Shown piece by piece: positions 1 to 7,330 of a stretch of 10,527 bases of DNA. Both the position numbers and the translations under genes were made by a program. This stretch comes from Deltaproteobacteria bacterium (lineage in GTDB: Bacteria; Myxococcota_A; UBA9160; SMWR01): assembly GCA_032128115.1 (NCBI GenBank), contig JAQBHB010000079.1, forward strand, positions 1 through 10,527, given 5' to 3'. Positions within the stretch are counted from its first letter, which is position 1. The number at the start of each line of letters is the position of its first letter. The notes under the pieces are model-generated. The model searched no databases. It saw only the letters and a program-made list of their open reading frames with translations, and had not been told where the DNA came from.

Positions 1-53
1 AAATGGTGGTGAGCTGGGACCCCCGCACGGTGTCCGGTGGTGGCTTGTTGGAG

Positions 54-139
54 GGGGACGGGGTTGACTATTGACTTTCCCGCGCGGTCTTCAATGGGCG
101 AGGAGCATCTGGGAAAAGTCAATAGTAAACCCCGTCCCC
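54..139. repeat. Long imperfect inverted repeat (REP-doublet/MITE-like hairpin; may also act as a terminator)
   Basis: Left arm 54-81 is GGGGACGGGGTTGACTATTGACTTTCCC. The reverse complement of the right arm 111-139 is GGGGACGGGGTTTACTATTGACTTTTCCC. They differ by 1 mismatch and 1 indel, with a 29-bp spacer (82-110). One nt (140) separates it from the CoA-transferase stop (141-143). The repeat is directly seen; the REP/MITE interpretation is inference. Confidence 0.85.
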
Positions 140-140
140 G

Positions 141-2507
141 CTATCCCTGGGGGCGGGTGCCGATGATTCCTGCGCGGGTGAGGGTCTCGATCTCGCCCGC
201 GTCGAGTCCCAGCTCGGCGAGGATCTCGTGGTTGTGCTGTCCCATCGTGGGAGCGGGCCGGCGCAGCCAGTGGTCGACCGAGGTGTAGCGGAAGGGCAGG
301 CTGGGAGCCGGGTGACGCCCCACCACCGGGTGGTCGAACTCCTCGAAGAAACCGCGCGCCGCCATCTGGGGATTCGAGCTGGCGAGGCGCGGGTCCGCCA
401 CCGGCGCCGCCGGAATGCCGGCCGCCAGCAGCTCGTCCACGAGTTTCTCGCGATCGCGTGCGGCGAACCAGGGGCGCAGCGCCTCGTCGATGCGGTCGTG
501 GGCGCGACGCCGGCCGCCGAGAGTCGCCAGCTCCGGATCGCCGGCCCAGGCCGGTGAGCCCAGTACGCCGCGGAACGCTCGCCACTGTTCGTCGCTCGCC
601 ACCGACAGGGCGAGCCAGCTCTCCACTCCGGGTTGGCTTCCGGCACACGGGTACAGGCCCTGGGGTGCCGCCTCCGGGCAGCGGTTGCCGTCTCGCTCCA
701 GCAGGTTGCCGTAGGCGGTGAATTCGATCACGGCCTCGGCGGCTGCGTTCAGGGCGCCTTCCACCATGGTGCACTCCAGGTGGACGCCTCGGCCCTTCGC
801 CTCGCGCTCGGCCAGCGCCACCAGCACCGCGTAGGCCGCGTGCATGCCCGCCAGCGGATCGCAGGGGCCGCGCTGGATCCGGGGTTGGTCGTCCCGATGG
901 CCCGTGCGCCAGGCGAGACCGGTCATCTGCTCCATGGTCTGGGCGAACCCGGTGTTGTCGCGCCAGGGTCCCGTGAGGCCGAAGGCGGGCATGCGCACCA
1001 GGATCGTCTGGGGCGATGCGGCGTGGATGTTCTCCCAGGTGAGTCCGAAGTTATCCAGCACCCGCGGCGTGAAATTCTCGATCACGACATCGGACCGGCC
1101 GATCAGCTTGCGAACCAGGTCGATGCCTTCCGGCTTCGACAGATCCAGCGTGAGCCCGCGCTTGTTGGTGTTCGCGGCCAGGAAGAAGTGGCAGCACTCC
1201 CACCACGCTTCGTATTGTCCCGCCAGCATGCCGCCCACCATGCGCATGCCGTCGGGCCGGGTGATCGACTCCAGGTGGATCACGTCGGCCCCCAGGCACG
1301 CCAGCATGTGGCACGCGGCGGGTCCGGCCCACCAGGCGGTCATGTCGAGCACGCGCAGGCCCGCCAGCGGGAGCGGGGGCGCCCCCGAGGTCTCCCGCGA
1401 CGAGCGCTCGCGCGCCTCCACACGGCCCGTGTGCTCGCCCAGCTTTGGCGCCGGGCGCGGCGGCGGCGGATCGCTGTCATCGATGCGGTAGGGAGGGCGC
1501 GGCTGCAGGAACTGGCCGGTGGGATCGGGCTGCAGTACGCCGCGCGCGGCGAACTGCTCGTGCTGGCGCACCCGGTCGCCGTCGTTGACCGGCGCCACGG
1601 GGATGCGGAGCTCGGACGCGGCTTTTACGATCTCGTCCGTGCTGTGTTTCTTCGTGAAAGCCTTCACGATTTCGTTCCACTCTTCGAAGCGAGCCATGCG
1701 GCCCGCTACCTGGGCCAGCATGCTGTCCTCGCGCAGGTCGGGTCGCCCGATCAGGAGCAGGAAGTCCGAGAACTGCTGGGCCGAGTTGGTGCAGAAGCCC
1801 ACGTAGCCATCGGCGGTGGGCTCGATGGAGGGCGTTTCGACCGATTGGGGCAACGCCACCACCTCCGGCGAGCCGAAGAGTCGGTGAATCAGTTCCATGT
1901 AGTTGGTGCCGGCGAGGTTCATGACTTCCAGCACGGAGAAGTCCACGTGCTCGCCGAATCCCGTGTGTCGGGCGCGGTGCACGGCTGCCAGGGCGCCCAC
2001 GGCGGCGAACGTGCCCGCGAGCCACTCGGTGGTGCGGCCGCCGCATTGGAAGGGCTCGCGGCCGGCCAGGCCGCGGGTGCCGATGGAGCCGCACTCGGCC
2101 TGGATCGTGAACTCGGTGGCCGGCCGCTGGGTCCAGGGTCCGCCGCGACCGAAGGGAGAAATGGAGAGCAGCACCAATCCGGGGAAGCGGCCCACCCAAT
2201 CCAGACGATCGACGCGCCCGGGCTCGAAGCTCTCGACGACCAGGTCGGCGCCGGAAATCAACTCGAGGATCTCGTCGTCGCCCGGCTCGCCCACCACCGA
2301 GCGTTTTCCGCCGTTCAGGAAGCGGAAGAACGCACCGTCCTCGCCATGGAGATCGGCGCCGGTGGCCGACCAGCGCCGCATGGGGTCGCCCTCGGGTGCC
2401 TCTACCTTGATGACGTCGGCGCCGGCGTCGGCCAGAAGCTTGCTGCAGTACGGGCCCGCGAGCTCGGTCGAAAAATCGATTATCCGGAGATCGCGCAGGC
2501 CGTGCAT
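141..2507 (-). CDS. Family III (CaiB/BaiF) CoA-transferase, tandem two-domain fusion, 788 aa
   Basis: Two copies of the family N-terminal motif (LRIIDFSTELAGPYCSKLLADAGADVIKVE; LRVLDMTAWWAGPAACHMLACLGADVIHLE), two N-x-x-KR motifs (NGGKRS; NTNKRG) and two C-terminal motifs (APKLGEHT; APTMGQHN). ATG lies 1 nt after the amidohydrolase stop (TGAcATG). Confidence 0.95.
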   Translation of the reverse strand: MHGLRDLRIIDFSTELAGPYCSKLLADAGADVIKVEAPEGDPMRRWSATGADLHGEDGAFFRFLNGGKRSVVGEPGDDEILELISGADLVVESFEPGRVDRLDWVGRFPGLVLLSISPFGRGGPWTQRPATEFTIQAECGSIGTRGLAGREPFQCGGRTTEWLAGTFAAVGALAAVHRARHTGFGEHVDFSVLEVMNLAGTNYMELIHRLFGSPEVVALPQSVETPSIEPTADGYVGFCTNSAQQFSDFLLLIGRPDLREDSMLAQVAGRMARFEEWNEIVKAFTKKHSTDEIVKAASELRIPVAPVNDGDRVRQHEQFAARGVLQPDPTGQFLQPRPPYRIDDSDPPPPRPAPKLGEHTGRVEARERSSRETSGAPPLPLAGLRVLDMTAWWAGPAACHMLACLGADVIHLESITRPDGMRMVGGMLAGQYEAWWECCHFFLAANTNKRGLTLDLSKPEGIDLVRKLIGRSDVVIENFTPRVLDNFGLTWENIHAASPQTILVRMPAFGLTGPWRDNTGFAQTMEQMTGLAWRTGHRDDQPRIQRGPCDPLAGMHAAYAVLVALAEREAKGRGVHLECTMVEGALNAAAEAVIEFTAYGNLLERDGNRCPEAAPQGLYPCAGSQPGVESWLALSVASDEQWRAFRGVLGSPAWAGDPELATLGGRRRAHDRIDEALRPWFAARDREKLVDELLAAGIPAAPVADPRLASSNPQMAARGFFEEFDHPVVGRHPAPSLPFRYTSVDHWLRRPAPTMGQHNHEILAELGLDAGEIETLTRAGIIGTRPQG

Positions 2508-2508
2508 G

Positions 2509-3672
2509 TCAGTCGATGCCGTAGAGAGCGGCTGCGTTGTCGTGGAGCACCTTCTGCAGGGTCGCTTCTGGCAGACCCCCCAGGGCCTTCTCGGCGTAGA
2601 CCCGCGGATTCACGGCAACGGTCTGGGGCCCTGGGGCCTGGCAGGTGGGGTGCGGGAAGTCGGTCTCGTAGAGCATGTTGTCCGGGAAGAGCTCGAGGGC
2701 CGTCCTTATGCCCTCGTTCTCGAACCAGAAGCAGCCGTAGATCTGACGGCGGAAGTACTCGCTTGGCAGCAGGTCGTACTCCGGGTGTTCGCCGGTGACG
2801 CCCCCGTTCTGCCACTGCCAGTCGAATCCCTCCAGCACCGACTGGATCCAGCCCGCGCCGCTCTCGACCGAAACGAACTGGAGATCGGGGAAGCGGTGGC
2901 ACACCCCACCGAAGATCAGGTCGGCCAGGCAGCGCGCATTTTCAATGAAGTAGGTGGATGACACCTTCGAGAAGATCGTTTTCACGCCCACGTTCGCCGA
3001 ATCGTTCAGCAGCTCGCTCATGTCCCCGCCGCCCACGTGGAAGCTGATGGAGAGCCCGGCGGATTGGGCAGCCGCCCAGATCGGGTCCCAATCGCGGTGG
3101 CACAGGATCGGCAGCCCGAAGGCCTGAGGCTGACCGCAGGCCAGCACCGCCCGGTGGCCCAGCGCCGCGCAGCGCTCGATCTCCTTCACCGCCGCGTCCA
3201 CGTCCCAGAACGGGGTGGCCATGACCGGAATCAGGCGGTTGGGATCGGTGCGCGTCCAGTCGATCAGGAAATCGTTGTAGGCCTGCACACAGGCGAGCTT
3301 GAGATCCGGCTCCTCGATGCTGAGAAAGCGCCCCGACCCGAAGCCACCCACATTGGGATACAGGAGCTGGGCATAGATGCCCTCCCGGTCCATGTGCTCG
3401 AGGCGCGCGGTCGGGTCGAACGTGCTGGCAGGGATGTCGTCGTAGGTGTCGGGAAAATCGGGAACCGTGCCGTCGAATCCGGCCATGGAAAAGATGCCCG
3501 GCATTCCCACGGGTTTCCCGTCCAGGATCCAGATGTCCTTTCCGCCCATGCGCTCGATGTGGGGCACCCGATCGCGCCATTTCGCCGGAACCCGGGAGGT
3601 CCACAGGTCGGCGGGCTCCGTGATGTGCGTGTCGGTGTCGATCACGCGGAAGCGGTCGAAGAGATCGCTCAT
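2509..3672 (-). CDS. Amidohydrolase_2 family metal-dependent hydrolase/decarboxylase, 387 aa
   Basis: Motifs IDTDTHITEP (D-x-H metal site), RLEHMDREGIYAQLLYP, AYNDFL, ISFHVG, VESGAGW and ETDFPH. GAGGAG RBS at 3680-3685, 7 nt before the ATG. Confidence 0.93.
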   Translation of the reverse strand: MSDLFDRFRVIDTDTHITEPADLWTSRVPAKWRDRVPHIERMGGKDIWILDGKPVGMPGIFSMAGFDGTVPDFPDTYDDIPASTFDPTARLEHMDREGIYAQLLYPNVGGFGSGRFLSIEEPDLKLACVQAYNDFLIDWTRTDPNRLIPVMATPFWDVDAAVKEIERCAALGHRAVLACGQPQAFGLPILCHRDWDPIWAAAQSAGLSISFHVGGGDMSELLNDSANVGVKTIFSKVSSTYFIENARCLADLIFGGVCHRFPDLQFVSVESGAGWIQSVLEGFDWQWQNGGVTGEHPEYDLLPSEYFRRQIYGCFWFENEGIRTALELFPDNMLYETDFPHPTCQAPGPQTVAVNPRVYAEKALGGLPEATLQKVLHDNAAALYGID

Positions 3673-3705
3673 GTCTCGGCTCCTCGCGAAACGGCCGCTG
3701 TTGCC

Positions 3706-3711
3706 ATTGTA
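3706..3711 (-). promoter_or_regulatory. Candidate -10 box (TACAAT) of an internal promoter upstream of the amidohydrolase
   Basis: TACAAT (5/6 match to TATAAT) in the 69-bp GC-rich spacer, 33 nt before the ATG. No recognisable -35. Confidence 0.35.
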
Positions 3712-3741
3712 TCGGAATCGGGGCCCGGGCTCGCCGAATCC

Positions 3742-4956
3742 TCACCCGGCGATCCTGCGGGGCGTGAGCCGCACCGGAATCGCCTTGTACGAATTGGTGA
3801 GATTCGAGCGGAGCCTGCGCGGGGCGCCCGTGAGCTCCACCGCCTCGAAGCGGCGGAAGAACTCCTCGAAGAAGACCCGGGCCTCGAGGCGCGCCAGCCG
3901 AGCCCCCAGGCAGAAGTGTTCGCCGAAGCCGAAGGCGAGGTGGGGGTTCGGATCCCGGCGGATATCGAAACGCTCGGAGTTCCGAAAGACTTCCTCGTCG
4001 AAATTGGCCGACGTGTAGTGCAGCACCACCCGGTCGCCCTCGCGGATCCGGCAGCCGCGGACCTCCACGTTCCGCGTGGCCGTGCGCCGAAAGTAGTGGA
4101 CCGGAGTTACCCAGCGCAGCATCTCCTCCACCGCCACGGGCAGCAGGGCCGAGTCGGCCGCCAGGTCGCGGTAGCTCTCCGGATTCTCCAGAAGGGCCAG
4201 AAGGGCGCCCGAGAGCAGGGTGCGGGTGGTCTCGTTGGCGGCCACGGCGATCTGCACGAAAAGGGCGGCGAACTCCACCTCGTTCAAGGGTTGCCCTTCG
4301 TGCTCGGCCTTCAGCATGATCGAAATCAGGTCGTCGCCCGGGTTCTTCTTGCGCTCACTGGCAAGGCTGAAGCCGTAGCTGCCGAGTTCGAGGATGGGAT
4401 CGGGTTCGCCCTCCGCGGGGGCCGTCTCGGGGTCGTCGCGGCCGATCACCTTGTCACCCAGCTCCACGATGCGGTTCCGGTCCGCATCGGGAATGGCCAT
4501 CATCTGGTTGATGGTCTGGAGAGGCAGGTCGGACGCCAGGTCGGACACGAAGTCGCAATCGCGCTTCTCGGCGGCCGCGTCCATGGTTTCGCGGGCCCGA
4601 TCTCGCAGCCAGCCCTCCATGTCGCGGATGGCGACGGGGGTGAAGGCCTCGAGCACGATGCGTCGCATTCGCACGTGCTCGGGCGGGTCCATGCTGAGCA
4701 GCTGCGTGCGCATACCCGCGAGCCGTTCAGGCGTCTGGTCTTCGATGATGATCCCGCCGCGCGCGGCCGAGAACGTGCCTGGATCGGTGGAGGCTGCCGC
4801 GACGTCGGCGTGTTTCAGCAGCGCCCAGTAGCCCTGGTCACCCGGCAGCTCCTGCCAGAACACGGGAGCCTCTCGTCGAAGGCGCCGGAAGAGATCGTGA
4901 GGGACGCCTTCGACGTAGCGGTCCGGATCGTAGATGTCGACGTTGGCGAGATCCAA
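3742..4956 (-). CDS. Cytochrome P450, CYP124/CYP125/CYP142-like, 404 aa
   Basis: Heme motif FGFGEHFCLG (Cys349), ExxR (VEEMLR) followed by WVTPVHYFRRTA, I-helix VAANETTR, and LLSMDPPEH. The start is TTG, directly abutting the ADH TGA. P450 identity is secure; the subfamily is a recalled resemblance. Confidence 0.95.
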   Translation of the reverse strand: MDLANVDIYDPDRYVEGVPHDLFRRLRREAPVFWQELPGDQGYWALLKHADVAAASTDPGTFSAARGGIIIEDQTPERLAGMRTQLLSMDPPEHVRMRRIVLEAFTPVAIRDMEGWLRDRARETMDAAAEKRDCDFVSDLASDLPLQTINQMMAIPDADRNRIVELGDKVIGRDDPETAPAEGEPDPILELGSYGFSLASERKKNPGDDLISIMLKAEHEGQPLNEVEFAALFVQIAVAANETTRTLLSGALLALLENPESYRDLAADSALLPVAVEEMLRWVTPVHYFRRTATRNVEVRGCRIREGDRVVLHYTSANFDEEVFRNSERFDIRRDPNPHLAFGFGEHFCLGARLARLEARVFFEEFFRRFEAVELTGAPRRLRSNLTNSYKAIPVRLTPRRIAG

Positions 4957-6042
4957 TCAGTAGACGATCACACCCCGGGCGTTCTTGTTCCCCAGCATGT
5001 CTTCGATGGCCTGGGGCGCCTCGTCGATCGAGTAGGTGGCGGTCACCATGTCGTCCAGGTTGAGTCGGCCGGTCCGGTAGAGGTTCAGGAGCTTCGGGAA
5101 GTCGTTCTTCACGTTGGCGTCGCCGTAGTAGCAGCCCTTCACCGTCTTGCCCGACATGGACAGCATGAGCGCGTTGAAGGGCACCTGCTCCGTGAGCTTG
5201 CCGACACCGACGATGGTGACCGTGCCGCCGCGGCGGACCGACTCGTTCGCCTCGACCATGAGCTGGGGAACCCCGACCGCCTCGAAGGAGAAATCGACGC
5301 CTTCGCCGCCGGTCAGCTCCTTGCACTTGAGGACGCCATTGTCTTTGCCGGCGTTCACCGTATGGGTGGCGCCGAAGTGCTTGGCCATCTCCAGCTTGTT
5401 GTCGGCCAGGTCGATGGCGATGATCTGGGCGGCTCCGGCCAGGCGAGCTCCCTGGATGATCGAGAGCCCCACACCACCGCAGCCGAAGACCGCGACGCTC
5501 GAGCCCGGCGTGACCTTGGCCGTGTTGATGGCCGCCCCCACGCCCGTCATCACGCCGCATCCCACCAGGGCCGCCTTGTCCAGCGGAATCGACTTGTCGA
5601 TCTTGATGGCGCTGATGGCGGGCACCACCGCCTGCTCGGCCATGCATCCCAGGAACTGCATCACGCCCAGGTCCTGGCCGCGCAGCTTCACGCGCGACGT
5701 GCCATCGAGCATCTTGCCGTTGGGCGCGCCGATGCTGCAGAACTGCGGCTCGTGACGGTTGCACGACGGGCAGCTCCCGCAGGCCGGGTTGAACGACAGC
5801 ACCACGTGGTCGCCCTTCTCGAAGCCGATGACGCCCTTGCCGATGCCGGCCACGACACCGGCGCCCTCGTGGCCGAGCACGATGGGCTTGGGCAGGGGCA
5901 GGGTGCCGTTCACGACGGACACGTCGGAGTGGCATACCCCGGTTGCCGCCATGTCGATGAGGAGCTCTCCGGCCTTCGGGCTGTCGAGGCTGACTTCCTC
6001 GACCGAGTACTTGTCCTGTTCGAGACTGACGACTGCCTTCAT
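4957..6042 (-). CDS. Zn-dependent medium-chain alcohol dehydrogenase (class III-like), 361 aa
   Basis: Catalytic Zn motifs GVCHSD, GHEGAG and GCGVMTG; structural Zn motif CGSCPSCNRHEPQFC; Rossmann GCGGVG followed by an acidic residue (AIDL), suggesting NAD. GGAGGAG RBS at 6049-6055. Confidence 0.96.
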   Translation of the reverse strand: MKAVVSLEQDKYSVEEVSLDSPKAGELLIDMAATGVCHSDVSVVNGTLPLPKPIVLGHEGAGVVAGIGKGVIGFEKGDHVVLSFNPACGSCPSCNRHEPQFCSIGAPNGKMLDGTSRVKLRGQDLGVMQFLGCMAEQAVVPAISAIKIDKSIPLDKAALVGCGVMTGVGAAINTAKVTPGSSVAVFGCGGVGLSIIQGARLAGAAQIIAIDLADNKLEMAKHFGATHTVNAGKDNGVLKCKELTGGEGVDFSFEAVGVPQLMVEANESVRRGGTVTIVGVGKLTEQVPFNALMLSMSGKTVKGCYYGDANVKNDFPKLLNLYRTGRLNLDDMVTATYSIDEAPQAIEDMLGNKNARGVIVY

Positions 6043-6072
6043 GGGGGGCTCCTCCGGGGTTTCGGGGCAGCC

Positions 6073-6078
6073 AGTCTA
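6073..6078 (-). promoter_or_regulatory. Candidate -10 box (TAGACT) of an internal promoter upstream of the ADH
   Basis: TAnnnT hexamer 30 nt before the ADH ATG in a 70-bp spacer. TTGTTT lies 15 nt upstream, a suboptimal spacing. Confidence 0.3.
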
Positions 6079-6112
6079 GCGGATCCGCCGCGCAAACAAC
6101 CAGAAATCCCAC

Positions 6113-7129
6113 TCAAGGTCGGAGCCGACCGAGGGCCGCCGCCTTCAGGTGGCCGGCATCGTGCATCCAGAGCAGCAGGTCGCGGATCGTTGCGTCGATG
6201 GGCCGGAATTCCACACCCAGCTCGCGGACGGTGCGGGAGTTGTCGCAGGCGACGCCCCGGGTCGCCGTCAGCATGGACTCGTAGGTGAAGGCTCCCACGT
6301 TGACGCCGAGGCGGCGCAGGGCATCCCCCATGCGTCCCATGGTTCGCATCAAGACGCCGGGTGTGGGCAACCGGAGCACGCGGCGGCCCGTGAGGCGGGC
6401 GAAGCAATCCACCAGCTCGGAGAACGGTGTGAAGTGCCCCCCGGCCATGTAGCGGCGCGGGCCCATGCCGGGCTTCATGGCCGCGGCGTGGATGGCCGCC
6501 AGGTCGCGCACGTCGGCGATGGGAACCCCGCCGGGCGCCACCGTGTAGTAGCCGGCACCGAGCATGCCGAAGATGAGTCGCATGCCGTCGTTCAGGGTGG
6601 GATCATGGGGACCCCAGACGCCGCCCGGGTAGGTGATCACCACCGGGGCACCCTCTGCCTGACATTCGCGGGCGTAGCGCTCCGCATCGGACTTGGAGCG
6701 CGCATACAGATCGCGGGGGCTCTTGACCGTCTCTTCGGTGGTGAGCAGCGACCCGGAAGGTGGGAACAGCGCCGACAGGCTCGACACGTATAGGATGGGG
6801 TCGAGCCCTCGGCGGATCGCGCCGCCCAACACGTTCCGGGTTCCCTCGACGTTGGTGCGTTGCATCTCCGCGTCGCGCCGCTGGTCGAAGCTCAGGAGGG
6901 CGGCCGCGTGGAGCGCGGCGTCGCAGTCCGTCAGGGCCGTCTCCACCGCCTGCGGGTCGGTGACATCGCCCACCACGAACTCGGGGATGGGGATCGCCAG
7001 GGGCTCGAGGGCCCGGCGGATGCGCTCGGGACTTCGCACCAGCAGGCGCACCTCGTGACCGGCCCGATGGAGCGCGGCGGTGCTATGGGCTCCTACCATG
7101 CCGGTCGCGCCGGTCACCAGGATCCGCAT
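6113..7129 (-). CDS. NAD-dependent epimerase/dehydratase (extended SDR, dihydroflavonol-reductase/3-beta-HSD-like), 338 aa
   Basis: N-terminal ILVTGATGMVG (TGxxGxxG), HAAA, NVEGTRNV, YVSS, catalytic YARSK (YxxxK) and PGGVWGP. Starts 6 nt after the ferredoxin stop. Confidence 0.93.
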   Translation of the reverse strand: MRILVTGATGMVGAHSTAALHRAGHEVRLLVRSPERIRRALEPLAIPIPEFVVGDVTDPQAVETALTDCDAALHAAALLSFDQRRDAEMQRTNVEGTRNVLGGAIRRGLDPILYVSSLSALFPPSGSLLTTEETVKSPRDLYARSKSDAERYARECQAEGAPVVITYPGGVWGPHDPTLNDGMRLIFGMLGAGYYTVAPGGVPIADVRDLAAIHAAAMKPGMGPRRYMAGGHFTPFSELVDCFARLTGRRVLRLPTPGVLMRTMGRMGDALRRLGVNVGAFTYESMLTATRGVACDNSRTVRELGVEFRPIDATIRDLLLWMHDAGHLKAAALGRLRP

Positions 7130-7135
7130 GGGTAC

Positions 7136-7330
7136 CTACGCTTCTTCGAGCTGGATGGCCCCTTCGGGGCAATTCGCCTCGCCGAGCCGCGCCTGTTCCC
7201 GGAACGCGAATGGGACCGTCTCGCTCGCGACCCGGCAATGGCCGCGCTCATCGTCCAGGAAGACATCCGGGCCCAGCGCGTAGCAGCGCCCGTGGCCCGT
7301 GCACAGCTTGGAATCAACGCGAACCTTCAC
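7136..7330 (-). CDS. Single-cluster ferredoxin (CxxHxxC...CP, likely 3Fe-4S), P450 redox partner, 64 aa
   Basis: C10-T-G-H13-G-R-C16 and distal C54-P. The GTG start overlaps the upstream P450 stop (GTGA, 7327-7330). The motif type matches the mycobacterial P450-linked ferredoxins Rv1786/Rv0763c. Confidence 0.95.
   Translation of the reverse strand: MKVRVDSKLCTGHGRCYALGPDVFLDDERGHCRVASETVPFAFREQARLGEANCPEGAIQLEEA

Noticed and set aside
1..53. Minus strand ends ...GTGCGGGGGTCCCAGCTCACCACCATTT, reminiscent of a tRNA, SRP or 6S RNA 3' end or an att remnant
   Set aside because: No T-loop (GTTCRA), no SRP core (CAGG...GGAA...AGCAG) and no room for a full RNA. A cmsearch against Rfam with left flanking sequence would decide it.
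64..95. Tandem TTGACT (64-69, 71-76) as a sigma70 -35
   Set aside because: No -10 hexamer at 16-18 bp spacing; better explained as part of the inverted-repeat arm.
54..139. CRISPR repeat-spacer-repeat (28-29 bp units, 29-bp spacer)
   Set aside because: The two units are inverted rather than direct, there are only two, and no cas genes are in the window.
633..2798. 721-aa plus-strand ORF and the other overlapping Arg/Pro/Gly/Ser-rich ORFs in the track
   Set aside because: Antisense or off-frame shadows of well-supported genes, with low-complexity composition typical of GC-rich non-coding frames.
2509..6042. TGA recoding (alternative genetic code or selenocysteine) giving a polyprotein
   Set aside because: Each gene ends at a family-typical C-terminus, the amidohydrolase has its own strong RBS, and no conserved domain contains an internal TGA.
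3037..6288. 1083-aa plus-strand ORF
   Set aside because: It is the codon-aligned antisense shadow of the amidohydrolase, P450 and ADH genes, which share one frame. High-GC codon usage rarely produces antisense stops, and it has no recognisable motifs.
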